Below are positions 48,298 through 58,768 of a stretch of DNA of 64,000 nt, in pieces. Position numbers and translations under genes: made by a program. How positions within the stretch are numbered: position 1 is the stretch's first letter; each line of letters opens with the position of its first letter. The stretch comes from an uncultured Candidatus Saccharibacteria bacterium. Lineage in GTDB: Bacteria > Patescibacteriota > Andersenbacteria > UBA10190. A model generated the notes under the pieces. That model was not told where the DNA came from. It worked only from the letters and a program-made list of their open reading frames with translations, and searched no databases. The stretch is taken from NCBI GenBank assembly GCA_964371255.1, contig CAYJKV010000005.1, forward strand, positions 13,816-77,815, given 5' to 3'.

Positions 48298-48930
48298 ATG
48301 ACTATCACCTGGGCCGGACACTATGCGGTAAAGCTATTCAACAGCTCTACCACTATTATTATCAACCCCTACTCACCAACTATTGGTCTGCCCCCATTTC
48401 GTTCCAAAGCTAACTTTGTTTTTCTGACAAATCCTACTGACCCAACCATGTCTCATCTTAATGGTATACAAGGTGACTATATTAATATTAATGTTGCCGG
48501 TGAATATTCCTTCGAAAATTTAACTGCCTACGGTATCGGTTGGTTTGCAGAAGCATCCAGCACTGAACAAATAATTTATCGGATAATATTTGATGATCTT
48601 TCCATTCTTTACCTGGGGTCACTAAGCAAGAAACTTAATCAGGCTGAGCTTCAGCTTATAGAACAATCGGACACAGATGTACTCATCGTTCCAATTGGAG
48701 GTTCCACTAGCATTGATACAGCGGCGGCTATCGACCTCGTTTCCACTATCGAGCCCAATGTTGTTATTCCTATCAATTACTTAATTCCCAAACTGAACCA
48801 CAAAGTAGATCCTGTGACTAAGTTTGCTAATGAGATGGGAGTCAGTCCAAAATCAGACTTAAAAAAGATCACGCTTTCTTCCAGCAAGATTGATCGTGAA
48901 AACATCACTACCATTATTCTCAACCCCTAG
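48298..48930 (+). CDS. Metallo-beta-lactamase-fold protein with degenerate metal site
   Basis: ITWAGH, GEY, DVLIVPIGG and EPNVVIP.NY match Lactamase_B_3-like proteins; HxHxDH absent. Confidence 0.75.
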   Translation: MTITWAGHYAVKLFNSSTTIIINPYSPTIGLPPFRSKANFVFLTNPTDPTMSHLNGIQGDYININVAGEYSFENLTAYGIGWFAEASSTEQIIYRIIFDDLSILYLGSLSKKLNQAELQLIEQSDTDVLIVPIGGSTSIDTAAAIDLVSTIEPNVVIPINYLIPKLNHKVDPVTKFANEMGVSPKSDLKKITLSSSKIDRENITTIILNP

Positions 48931-49012
48931 CATATTTCCATCTGAGATTTTATTACGATTCCATCTATATAATAACCAACCACCAACCCAACACTAAAGT
49001 CAAAACTTGATT

Positions 49013-51478
49013 ATGGCTAACAAATCAAACACCGGATCAATTATCGGCCGGGACCTTTCTGAAGAAATCCAACAAAGTTATTTGGATTATGCCATGTCCG
49101 TGATCGTCTCACGCGCTCTGCCTGATGTTAGAGATGGCATGAAACCTGTTGCCCGCCGTATTTTATTCTCGATGTGGCAACAGGGCCTCCGATCCACCGC
49201 TAAATTTCGTAAATCCGCGAATGTCGTCGGTGACGTCTTGGGTAAATATCACCCTCATAGTGATACCGCTGTCTATGATGCCTTGGCTCGTTTAGCCCAG
49301 GACTTCTCTCTCCGCTATGAGCTAATTGAAGGGCAGGGGAACTGGGGAAGCCTGGACGGCGACGCCCCGGCGGCTATGCGTTATACCGAGGCGCGCCTGT
49401 CAAAGGTGGCTGACGAGATGATGATTAATATTGAAAAGGATACGGTTGATTTTACGGACAATTATGACGGTACCAGGCGCGAACCAATTGTTCTGCCCAG
49501 TGCGCTGCCGAATTTCATAATTAACGGCACTCTCGGCATTGCGGTCGGTATGGCCACCACAGTTCCGCCTCATAACCTAACAGAAGTGTGCGATGCTGCA
49601 ATTCACCTGATTGACCACCCCAATGCGACGGTAGAAAATTTGCTTCAATTTGTTAAAGGCCCCGACTTTCCTACTGGTGGCGCTATCTATGACCAACAAG
49701 AGATTATGCGCGCCTATGCTACCGGTAAAGGCAGTATTATTACACGCGCGCTGGCCGATATTGAAGAGGATAAAGGGCAGGCTTTTCGGATTATTGTTCG
49801 TGAAATTCCTTACCTCGTGAATAAGTCTGTCTTGGTCGCAAAAATTGCAGAGAGTGTCAAAACCAAAAAGATCGAGGGTATTCGGGACCTGCGGGATGAG
49901 TCGGATAAGGATGGCGTCCGCATCGTTATTGAATTAAAAAAGGATGCGTATCCGCGCAAAGTCCTTAACCGTTTGTTTGCCATTACAGACCTGCAAAAAA
50001 CTTTCCACGTTAACATGCTTGCCCTGGTGGACCAGGGCCGTCAACCCAAAGTTCTTTCCTTAAAGGAAGTACTTGAAGAACATATCAAGCATCGCCAGGT
50101 CGTTATAACCCGCCGGACCAAGTATGACCTCGATCGTGCTAAGGAACGAGCCCATATTCTCGAGGGCTTGAAAAAGGCGCTGGATCATATCAATGAAATA
50201 ATCTCCACCATTAGGAAAAGCCGCACCAAAGAAACTGCCCATGAGAATCTGCGCAAAAATTTCGTATTGTCCTCCGCGCAGGCCACTGCCATTTTGGAAA
50301 TGCGCTTGCAAACCCTGGCCGGCTTGGAGCGTCAGAAAGTCGAGGATGAATTAGCGGAAAAGAAAAAAATAATTGCCGAACTAGCGGCTATTTTAAAAGA
50401 TCCTAAAAAAGTATTGACGATGATCCGGTCAGATTATAAATCCCTTAAGGAAAACTATGGTGACGAACGGCGGACTCGCGTCTTTAAACAATCCATCAGC
50501 AACTTTTCCCAGGAGGATTTGATACCAGATGATCCGACCGTTATTATCGTCACTCGCGGCGGCTACATTAAACGTTTAGCCACTTCGGCCTATCGCGTCC
50601 AAAATCGCGGCGGCCAAGGAGTCAAAGGGATGGTTACTAAGGAAGAAGACATTGTGGATACTCTGCTGGCCACCACTACACATAAGGACCTCCTCTTCTT
50701 TACTAATCTGGGACGTGTCTTTACGACCAAGGCTTACGAAATACCGGCCACCACCCGAGCGGCTAGGGGACAGGCTTTGCCAAACTTTCTAGACTTATCG
50801 ACCGATGAGAAAGTCACTGCTGTGCAAGCGCTGCCCTCCAAGGACGAAAATGGAGAATATTTAGTCATGGCTACCCGCCAGGGGATTATCAAAAAAACAC
50901 CTCGCGAAGACTTTACGAATATCCGCCGCTCAGGACTCAAGGCCATCACGCTTAAAGACGGCGATACCTTAGAATGGGTCAGCGTCTCGTCAGGTAAGGA
51001 CGATATTTTACTTACCACCGGCGGGGGACAGGCTATTCACTTCTCAGAAAAGGACGTCCGTCCGATGGGCCGCACTGCGGCCGGCGTCCACGGTATGAAA
51101 CTTAAGCACTCTGATACTATAGTTACCATGCACGTCATACCTGCTGGTACAGCCAATAAACCACAGGTTCTGGTTATTACTGAGCAAGGTTATGGTAAGA
51201 GAACTCCACTGGCCAGCTATCGACGGCAACGTCGAGGTGGCAGTGGCATCAAAACTGCGCATATCACGGCTAAGACTGGCCGACTAGTGCAGGCTGCCAT
51301 CATTAATAAACAGAACCTATCAACGTCCGACCTCTTGATTATCTCCGAAAAGGGCCAAGTCATTCGCATCAACGCTGCCACTGTCAGTGAACAAAGTCGC
51401 GCTACTCAGGGTGTTAAAGTTATGAAGCCCACCGCTCAATCTGGCCGCATCGCCACCTTTACTACTTGGACCGACTAA
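49013..51478 (+). CDS. gyrA: DNA gyrase subunit A
   Basis: SYLDYAMSVIVSRALPD, AAMRYTE catalytic Tyr, GyrA-box QNRGGQG, beta-pinwheel repeats. Confidence 0.97.
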   Translation: MANKSNTGSIIGRDLSEEIQQSYLDYAMSVIVSRALPDVRDGMKPVARRILFSMWQQGLRSTAKFRKSANVVGDVLGKYHPHSDTAVYDALARLAQDFSLRYELIEGQGNWGSLDGDAPAAMRYTEARLSKVADEMMINIEKDTVDFTDNYDGTRREPIVLPSALPNFIINGTLGIAVGMATTVPPHNLTEVCDAAIHLIDHPNATVENLLQFVKGPDFPTGGAIYDQQEIMRAYATGKGSIITRALADIEEDKGQAFRIIVREIPYLVNKSVLVAKIAESVKTKKIEGIRDLRDESDKDGVRIVIELKKDAYPRKVLNRLFAITDLQKTFHVNMLALVDQGRQPKVLSLKEVLEEHIKHRQVVITRRTKYDLDRAKERAHILEGLKKALDHINEIISTIRKSRTKETAHENLRKNFVLSSAQATAILEMRLQTLAGLERQKVEDELAEKKKIIAELAAILKDPKKVLTMIRSDYKSLKENYGDERRTRVFKQSISNFSQEDLIPDDPTVIIVTRGGYIKRLATSAYRVQNRGGQGVKGMVTKEEDIVDTLLATTTHKDLLFFTNLGRVFTTKAYEIPATTRAARGQALPNFLDLSTDEKVTAVQALPSKDENGEYLVMATRQGIIKKTPREDFTNIRRSGLKAITLKDGDTLEWVSVSSGKDDILLTTGGGQAIHFSEKDVRPMGRTAAGVHGMKLKHSDTIVTMHVIPAGTANKPQVLVITEQGYGKRTPLASYRRQRRGGSGIKTAHITAKTGRLVQAAIINKQNLSTSDLLIISEKGQVIRINAATVSEQSRATQGVKVMKPTAQSGRIATFTTWTD

Positions 51479-51673
51479 CACCGTCAGACAAGGCATCTCC
51501 AGGAGTAGCCAGGTTTAGCTTCAAATCAGCCTCTGGTCTGGGGACTTGATTGAACATTTAACGTTAGTCTTTTCATTAAGTTTATTTCTCGAACCAGAGC
51601 TTCCTCTCATTTCCAATTTATCTTGCTGTTTGTCGTAGTTGTTAGTGTCAGCCTCGTTTGGTATCTTATAAAC

Positions 51674-52219
51674 ATGGCTCAACCCGAATCGTTCCTTCGT
51701 CCTGATCAGTTTTGGTCTGATCTTGATCTCCGTACAAATCAAACCGTTATCCACCTAGGTTGTGGTCCTGGCTTTTTTCTCTTGCCAGCTGCTCGTATTG
51801 TCGGCAAGCATGGGCAAGTTATCGGTGTCGACATCCGTGAAGACATGCTGCGCGAAACAGAGGGGCAGGCTAGACGTGAAGGCTTGTCAGATATCGTTCA
51901 GACTATTCGATCCGACTTAGAGCAAGGACCTACCAAAAGTATTAAAGCTAATATTGCGGACTGGACCCTCTTAGTAAATATTCTCCCCCAGGCTGATCCC
52001 AAAAAAATACTTCGCGAGGCAAAACGCGTGACCAAAACAGGGGGAATCATTATTATTGTGGAGTGGCTGCTTTCCCAAGCAACAATTGGTCCTCCGGTTG
52101 CAAATCGCATTACCAGAAGCGAAATTTTGTCTATAATTGATGAATTAAAATTAACCTTATACAAAACCTTTAGTCCCAGTTCATATCACTATGGCCTCCT
52201 CATTAAGGTTGAAAATTAG
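51674..52219 (+). CDS. Class I SAM-dependent methyltransferase-like protein
   Basis: HLGCGPGFF, VIGVDI, EAKRVTKTGG.IIIVEW, GPP, YHYG. Confidence 0.82.
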   Translation: MAQPESFLRPDQFWSDLDLRTNQTVIHLGCGPGFFLLPAARIVGKHGQVIGVDIREDMLRETEGQARREGLSDIVQTIRSDLEQGPTKSIKANIADWTLLVNILPQADPKKILREAKRVTKTGGIIIIVEWLLSQATIGPPVANRITRSEILSIIDELKLTLYKTFSPSSYHYGLLIKVEN

Positions 52220-53510
52220 CGCCTCGATATTAACAGTAATAAGTCTGTTTACCTTAACGGGTGTTAGTTGTAATCCATTTAGCGGTAATGGCGGAAATTC
52301 TAACACTGATACACCCTTAGTAGTTTGGGGTTTGTGGGAAGAAAGTGTTGCGCTAGAGCCTATCATCACCAGTTTTCAGGAAGAAACAGGTGTTAATGTT
52401 GAATATCGCAAAATCGCCTCAGTCGCTGATTACGAAAATGAATTATTATCAGCCATTGCCGAGGATCGTGGTCCGGACATTTTTGTCATTCATCATACCT
52501 GGGTCGAAACCAAGCGGGGTTTAATGAGCCCCGCGGACCCTACTATTATTGACGAGCGTGCCCTGCGCGAAGAATTTGTTGATGTTGTGGCCGATGATCT
52601 AATCCGCGATGGCCATGTCTATGCCTTGCCGACCTCTGTTGATACCTTGGCGCTTTATTACAATAAAGACCTCCTGAGCGCTGCTGGCGTTGCCAGACCG
52701 CCTCGCACCTGGGATGAATTTCTATCCGTTATTGAACGCATCACTCGCGTCAATCGATTAGGTGTGATTGAACAAAGTGCTGCGGCATTAGGTACTGCCG
52801 TCAATATCAGCCGTGCGACTGACATTATTCAGCTGCTCTTTTTGCAAAGCGGCATCTCTTTAACCAATGCTGATAAAAAAATCCAATTATCCAACGACAT
52901 TGGGGTCAACGCCCTCACTTTCTATACCGACTTCGCCAATAAATCAAAAACGGCCTACACCTGGAATTTACAACAAGAACATTCTTTAGATGCCTTTTCC
53001 CAAGGGAAAACAGCGATGATGATAAATTACTCTTATCACATCCCCACCGTCCGGGCGAAGAATCCACGTTTACGATTTGACATTGCGCCCGTTCCTCAAA
53101 TCGTCGACAGTAAAGTCCAAAATTTTGCTTCCTATTGGCCTTACGCAGTCTCAAATAAATCCAGCGCCCCTGATACAGCTTGGCAATTTTTACGCCGTCT
53201 GACTAACACGGATGGTGCGATGGCCATTATTCGTCATCACCAGATTCCGCCTGCCCGACGCGATGGCGTCGCGGCTCTAAGCCGCGATCCAATCTTAGGC
53301 GTCTTTTCCGAACAATCTTTAACTGCCGTCACCTGGCCAAGAGGGGACATTGTGGCCATTGATGCTATCATGAATGCCATGATCGACAATGTTGTTACTG
53401 GTGCCTCAACCATTAACGCCAGCCTTGTCCGCGCCCAGGAGCAAATTAACCTGATTCAACCCACGCCAGCTGTCGAGCCAGCCGACCAGCCACCAGTCGG
53501 CGGTCTGTAG
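52191..53510 (+). CDS. Extracellular solute-binding lipoprotein (sugar-SBP-like)
   Basis: Lipobox GVSC; GPDIF, ALP..VDTLALYYNKDL, AF.QGKTAM; no permease adjacent. Confidence 0.88.
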   Translation: MASSLRLKISASILTVISLFTLTGVSCNPFSGNGGNSNTDTPLVVWGLWEESVALEPIITSFQEETGVNVEYRKIASVADYENELLSAIAEDRGPDIFVIHHTWVETKRGLMSPADPTIIDERALREEFVDVVADDLIRDGHVYALPTSVDTLALYYNKDLLSAAGVARPPRTWDEFLSVIERITRVNRLGVIEQSAAALGTAVNISRATDIIQLLFLQSGISLTNADKKIQLSNDIGVNALTFYTDFANKSKTAYTWNLQQEHSLDAFSQGKTAMMINYSYHIPTVRAKNPRLRFDIAPVPQIVDSKVQNFASYWPYAVSNKSSAPDTAWQFLRRLTNTDGAMAIIRHHQIPPARRDGVAALSRDPILGVFSEQSLTAVTWPRGDIVAIDAIMNAMIDNVVTGASTINASLVRAQEQINLIQPTPAVEPADQPPVGGL

Positions 53511-53552
53511 TAATATATCTACCGATTTTGAATTTTAATGTATACTAAGCCC

Positions 53553-53912
53553 ATGTCCATTATCACCCGTTATACCAAGCGATTATCCGTTATTCTGACC
53601 CTTGGGCTATTATTTTTGCCCCTTATCTCCCAGGCTCAGGCTACGCCCGCCAACTTTGAAAATCCCCTAGACCCTGTCAGGGACGTCCGGGTTCTAATTC
53701 AAAACCTAATTATTTGGCTTGTTGGATTATCGGCCCTCATCGCCCTTCTTGCTTTGGTTGTGGGAGGTATGCGTCTGATCGTTGGCGGTTTCGACAATGA
53801 ACAAGAAGCTGCCAAAGCAAAAAGAATTATTACCTGGGCTGTTATCGGCCTGGTTGTGGTAGCTATGGCGGCAGGCATTCTGTCTACACTCAGCGACGTA
53901 CTCGACATTTAA
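53553..53912 (+). CDS. TrbC/VirB2-like pilin
   Basis: FENPL; GG...IV.G...E..AKAKR.I.WAVIGL. Confidence 0.8.
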   Translation: MSIITRYTKRLSVILTLGLLFLPLISQAQATPANFENPLDPVRDVRVLIQNLIIWLVGLSALIALLALVVGGMRLIVGGFDNEQEAAKAKRIITWAVIGLVVVAMAAGILSTLSDVLDI

Positions 53913-53930
53913 TCGATTAGATCATCACTT

Positions 53931-54563
53931 ATGCCTAAATTCCTGCCATCACTTATCATAATCCTGCTCGCTTGCGTCTTTTTAGTCTTACCCGTTCAAA
54001 TTCTTCATGCTCAAACGTCGTGCGACAACCTGTCCGCCTGCATAACCGAGACGTATTCTTGGGCCACCGAGACGGTTAGATTATCTCCATACACCATTAG
54101 TGAATTTCTGACTAACATCATAGTTTTTGTATCTTCCTTTGTTGCCATTGTGACAGCGGTCGTAATTTTGTTCGGTGGTCTCATGTACGTCTTTTCTGCT
54201 GGTGATGAAAGACGTGCCGCGCAAGCCAAAAACATTATTTTATTCGCCATTATTGGGCTAATCATTGCCGTCAATACCAGTATCATCGTCGGACTTATCC
54301 AAGACGTCGCTGGCGACCCTGCTGGTCCTGGTCTTGGGGTTGGGCCGATAATCGAACTGATTGGTCAGATTGGTATTATTATACTTGCTCCACTTGCTTT
54401 GATAGCCACTGGGGCCATCGTTTATGGCGGTTATATGTATATCACCTCGGCTGGTGAAGAAGATCGGGCTCGTCGTGGAAAACAAATAATTATCTACGCT
54501 CTCGTTGGTGTCTTTATTACCTTAATTTCAGCCTTAATAGTTAATGTTGTGATTTCGTTATAG
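53931..54563 (+). CDS. Pilin with two tandem TrbC/VirB2-like units
   Basis: GGLMYVFSAGDERRAAQAK and GGYMYITSAGEEDRARRGK. Confidence 0.82.
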   Translation: MPKFLPSLIIILLACVFLVLPVQILHAQTSCDNLSACITETYSWATETVRLSPYTISEFLTNIIVFVSSFVAIVTAVVILFGGLMYVFSAGDERRAAQAKNIILFAIIGLIIAVNTSIIVGLIQDVAGDPAGPGLGVGPIIELIGQIGIIILAPLALIATGAIVYGGYMYITSAGEEDRARRGKQIIIYALVGVFITLISALIVNVVISL

Positions 54564-54595
54564 CATTAAGCATCCTCACTAAAACTTTTAAGACC

Positions 54596-54985
54596 ATGCC
54601 TTTTAAGAACACCCTGCCCAAGTTACTGCAAACACGCATCTTATTATACGTCGTGTTCGTGTCATCTTTGTTTCCATTATCGACCTACGCCCAAGCTGTC
54701 AGGCCAGTGCCCAACCTGTGGTGTAGTCTGTGGGGAATCCGCTGCGGCGGTGGAGCGCCGCTTAATACTCTGTGGGGCATGCTGTGGTCAGTTGTCACCA
54801 TTGCTTTATCTTTTGTTGCCATTGTTGCTACTGCTTTTTTGGTCTATTATGGCTTTCTTTATGTAATGTCACGCGGCGAAGAGGACAACGCTCGTCGTGC
54901 CAAAGCCGGTATTGTTTATGCGATCCTGGGTATGATTGTTGCCGGTACAGCCGCTTGGCTGGTTAACGCTGTCATTAATATATAA
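54596..54985 (+). CDS. TrbC/VirB2-like pilin
   Basis: YGFLYVMSRGEEDNARRAK.GIVYAILG. Confidence 0.82.
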   Translation: MPFKNTLPKLLQTRILLYVVFVSSLFPLSTYAQAVRPVPNLWCSLWGIRCGGGAPLNTLWGMLWSVVTIALSFVAIVATAFLVYYGFLYVMSRGEEDNARRAKAGIVYAILGMIVAGTAAWLVNAVINI

Positions 54986-54987
54986 TT

Positions 54988-55812
54988 ATGGCCAGTATAG
55001 CAAAATCATTATTCTTTGTTGCCACCATCACTATCTTGGCCCTAAGCGTCTTCCCGGTTATCGCTCAAGTCCAACCAATTATTGCCCCCGATTGTGGTTT
55101 CTTGGGCATGAACTGTACGGGCGGTGAAACTTTTGGCGGCAATTTCGCTCCCTTTATGCTTACTCTCATCAACGTCGCTCTCGGCTTAATTGGTACCATA
55201 TCAACCGCCTTCATTGTTATTGGTGGCTACTTGTATGTCACCTCCACCGGTGACGAGCACAAGGCGGAAAGAGCTAAAAATCAGATTATTTACGCCATTC
55301 TTGGTCTTGTTGTTGCCGGTGGCGCATTTGCGCTAGTCAACACAGTCACTACTGTTACTTCCACTCCGCTCGTGTTTTACCTTGTGCCTTACGTTTTGAT
55401 GGCCTTATCTTTAGTTAGTATTATTGCCGCCATATACCTTGTTTATGCCGGATACTTATACATCACCTCCACCGGTGACGAGGAAAATTCTGCTCGCGCC
55501 AAACGGCAAATAGTCTACGCCATGCTCGGAATGTTTATTGCCAGTTCTGCTCTTGTTATCGTCAATGTTATCGCTAGTCGTGATGCCACGGGTCTAATCG
55601 TTAATATTCGCAGTGTTGTTAACACCCTTTTAACTATTCTGGGCGTCGCGGCGGCTGTGTATATTATTATCGCCGGCGCCATGTATATAACCTCTACTGG
55701 CGACCAAGACAAGTCGGCCAGGGCAAAAATGCAAATCGTCTACGCTCTGATCGGGATTGTTGTTATAATCTTGTCTGCCGTAGCTGTCAATCTCATCGTT
55801 AGGGCGGTCTAG
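54988..55812 (+). CDS. Pilin with three tandem TrbC/VirB2-like units
   Basis: Three G..Y.TSTGD.....RAK.QI.YA..G repeats. Confidence 0.85.
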   Translation: MASIAKSLFFVATITILALSVFPVIAQVQPIIAPDCGFLGMNCTGGETFGGNFAPFMLTLINVALGLIGTISTAFIVIGGYLYVTSTGDEHKAERAKNQIIYAILGLVVAGGAFALVNTVTTVTSTPLVFYLVPYVLMALSLVSIIAAIYLVYAGYLYITSTGDEENSARAKRQIVYAMLGMFIASSALVIVNVIASRDATGLIVNIRSVVNTLLTILGVAAAVYIIIAGAMYITSTGDQDKSARAKMQIVYALIGIVVIILSAVAVNLIVRAV

Positions 55813-55899
55813 CCTCTCCCTTCCCGCGCCGTCCAAAATCCCTATTATCTAAATTTTATAAATAAGCTATATTAACATCACACCAAGGAGGTGAATTTT

Positions 55900-56250
55900 A
55901 TGAAAATAAAAACTACCCTTTTCGTTTTAGCGTTTCTCATGTTTCTGTTGGTCCCCACTGCATCTTTAGTTGCTAGCGGCCTGACGACAGTGACACCTTT
56001 TGAGGGTACTGCCACAAATAGGGATCCTATCGTGGCCATAACTAACCTGGTTAACGGTTTGCTGGTTGTTGTCGGTATTATCGCGGCTATTTTCGTTGTT
56101 ATTGGTGGTATGCGCTATATCTTCTCGCAAGGCGATGAAGACGCTCAGGTTCAGGCGCGTAACACAATTCTCGCGGCCGTGATAGGTATCGTTGTGGTTA
56201 TTCTATCCGCCGTGGTTGTGAACTTGGTGATCAGGGCTGCTCGAGGATAA
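55900..56250 (+). CDS. TrbC/VirB2-like pilin
   Basis: AAGGAGGTGA RBS; GGMRYIFSQGDEDAQVQAR. Confidence 0.85.
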   Translation: MKIKTTLFVLAFLMFLLVPTASLVASGLTTVTPFEGTATNRDPIVAITNLVNGLLVVVGIIAAIFVVIGGMRYIFSQGDEDAQVQARNTILAAVIGIVVVILSAVVVNLVIRAARG

Positions 56251-56557
56251 ACTATTACAATCTAAATCATTGTCTGGGTCGCTGACGGCTTCTGCGGCGA
56301 TTTTTGCTAAGCAAACAAGATATTTACTCAAGCAAACATCCAGTCACGCGCTTAGCGCAATTATTTACCTGCTAATTTAACAGACACCGATGGTCTCGGC
56401 ACAAACGTAGATAACCTACACTGGACTCTGCTGTTTTAACTCATGAAGACTGCCGGCAAAAATTTGCGACTATAGTTTACTCAAGAAAAGTGCTATATTT
56501 TTCATATAATCCACGCCCAGACAGAAGGCGTTATAAATTTTTCAGGAGGTGATACAA

Positions 56558-56902
56558 ATGATTTGCAAAAAAACTATACTAACCATCTCGCTCGTGAGTT
56601 TAGTGCTTCCTCTGGTCGTCAGCGCCCAAGGATTCTCGCCTGTCACACCGTTTGCTGGCACTTCTACTGGCACCTTGATTCAGGCCATCACCAACATAGT
56701 TAACGCGTTATTAGCCCTCGCTGCTGTTATCGCTGCTATTTTCGTCATTATTGGCGGAGTTCGTTATGTTACCTCCCAAGGCGACGAGGATGCTTCCGAG
56801 CAGGCTAAAGGCACTGTCCTTTATGCAATAGTCGGCATTATCATAATCGCCCTGTCAGCTGTTATTGTGAACTATATTATTGCCGCTGTCCCAGCGGGAT
56901 AA
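56558..56902 (+). CDS. TrbC/VirB2-like pilin
   Basis: AGGAGGTGA RBS; GGVRYVTSQGDEDASEQAK. Confidence 0.85.
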   Translation: MICKKTILTISLVSLVLPLVVSAQGFSPVTPFAGTSTGTLIQAITNIVNALLALAAVIAAIFVIIGGVRYVTSQGDEDASEQAKGTVLYAIVGIIIIALSAVIVNYIIAAVPAG

Positions 56903-57222
56903 TATTCTTTGGTCAGAAAGTAAACAACCAATTTAGCTGTCTCAATTTTCCGGCCATCGCCATCTGTTAGTACGTGATTCGGTGAGTCGCGTACTTTTGT
57001 GTATACACCAGAAAAATACCAGACAAAAAAGAGTCATGGGTTGTCAGGTGGCACCTGGCATTGATTTGCCCTCTCTCAGGAGCATTTCCGCTTTGGTATT
57101 TGGACTTTGTGTCCCCGTGCTTGAAACTTATATGATTGGTTATTAATTGAAAATTGAATCCTTTCTAATTCTAACGCACTGTACTTTGTATCCTTTTTCT
57201 AATTTACTTATAAGTATCACCT

Positions 57223-58416
57223 ATGTGCTCATCTCCCACCCGCGTCCTGATTATCGCTCCCACCCCCTTCTTCGCCGACCGGGGTTGCCATATTCATATC
57301 GCCGAACAAGCCTTGGCGCTGCAGCGCCAAGGGCTTGTCACACTAATGGTCACATATGGTCTCGGCCGGGATGTTGACGGTATTAAAACCATGCGTACAT
57401 GGCGGTTGCCCTGGTATAAACAAGAAGCCATCGGCCCCAGTTGGCATAAGTTCTATCTTGACGTGTTTTTGTTTATTGTAGCCCTTCTAGCCGTCCGGCG
57501 ATTTAAGCCTCAGGTAATCCACGGCCATTTACATGAAGGCTGCCTGATCGCATGGAGCATTAGCCGCCTTTTTAAAATCCCCTTTGTTTTTGATTGCCAG
57601 GGGAGTTTAACAGGGGAATTACTTGTCCATAATTTCATTCTGGCCAAAACCAACTGGTTAAAAGGCTTCTGGTACGCGTTAGAACAAGCCATCGATCATT
57701 TGCCCAATATTATCCTCGCTCAATCAACGGAAATGCGTCGTGAGCTCATTGTGCGTTTTAAGATTGATCCCAGTCGTATTGTGATGGCTTACGACGGTGT
57801 TAATACTCACGTCTTTCACCCCCAACAAAAAGACCCACAACTTCTCCGGGAATTAAAACTGCCTGCCGACCAACCAATTATCGTGTATCTAGGGGGGCTA
57901 AGTCCGCACAAAGGAGTTGATGTATTGCTTAAAGCCTTTCAGGTTGTGTTGCAGACCCACCCTGCTGTTTTCCTGTTGCTTATGGGCTATCCCCACGAAG
58001 CCAACTACCAACAGTTAGCGCAATCGCTTCGGATAAATCATCGCACTCGGATCACGGGCCGTGTCCGCTACCAAGACGCTCCGCGCTATCTTGCCCTTGG
58101 TGACATCGCGGTTGCTCCCAAGCGTACCCAGACTGAAGCCAATGGGAAAATCTATAACTACATGGCCACCGGATTGCCCACTGTTGCTTTTGATACGGTG
58201 GTCAACCGTGACATCTTAGGTGATATCGGCGTTTATACCAATCCATCTGATGATTATCGTGGTCTGGCCCAAGCCCTGAACAAATTATTAAATGATCCGT
58301 CAGCAGCGCGTCTTATTGCCGGTCAAGTACGTACCAAAGCTGTCGCTCGCTATTCGTGGGATCGTGTTGCTGATCGTATAATAGCTGCTTATCAGCGCAT
58401 TCAAGCTCCCTTTTAG
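57223..58416 (+). CDS. GT4-family glycosyltransferase
   Basis: IHGH, DGVN..VF.P, YLGGL..HKGVD.LL.AF, KIYNYMATGLP. Confidence 0.9.
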   Translation: MCSSPTRVLIIAPTPFFADRGCHIHIAEQALALQRQGLVTLMVTYGLGRDVDGIKTMRTWRLPWYKQEAIGPSWHKFYLDVFLFIVALLAVRRFKPQVIHGHLHEGCLIAWSISRLFKIPFVFDCQGSLTGELLVHNFILAKTNWLKGFWYALEQAIDHLPNIILAQSTEMRRELIVRFKIDPSRIVMAYDGVNTHVFHPQQKDPQLLRELKLPADQPIIVYLGGLSPHKGVDVLLKAFQVVLQTHPAVFLLLMGYPHEANYQQLAQSLRINHRTRITGRVRYQDAPRYLALGDIAVAPKRTQTEANGKIYNYMATGLPTVAFDTVVNRDILGDIGVYTNPSDDYRGLAQALNKLLNDPSAARLIAGQVRTKAVARYSWDRVADRIIAAYQRIQAPF

Positions 58417-58624
58417 TTTCTCCACATGTCAAACTGGTAGGGGACATGCCCCTAGTGAGAATGGGCAACCTTAGAAACACAAAAGGAAAAACGGAAAGTG
58501 AAAATCGCTGTGTAAAAAAATACATCGATATAATCCGCATAAACTAAGTAGTAACAGAGTGATAGACATTATAAATACAGACTGGGATCCTCAATTAGCT
58601 AAAAATACCAAGCTATTTTTTGAA

Positions 58625-58667
58625 TTTTTAATTGTTGTTTTTCGTTTTTAGCTTTACGTTTTTCGTT
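58625..58667. repeat. Dispersed heptamer-based motif
   Basis: TTTTAATTGTTGTTTTTCGTTTTTAGCTTTACGTTTTTCG. Confidence 0.6.
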
Positions 58668-58768
58668 CTTTCAGATTTCCTTCAGTTTATCCCTAGGGAA
58701 CCCCATCGGGGGATTTCGGATTTAACTCATTAGTCTTTTAACCCTTCTTACGATATTGTTCTTAATAA

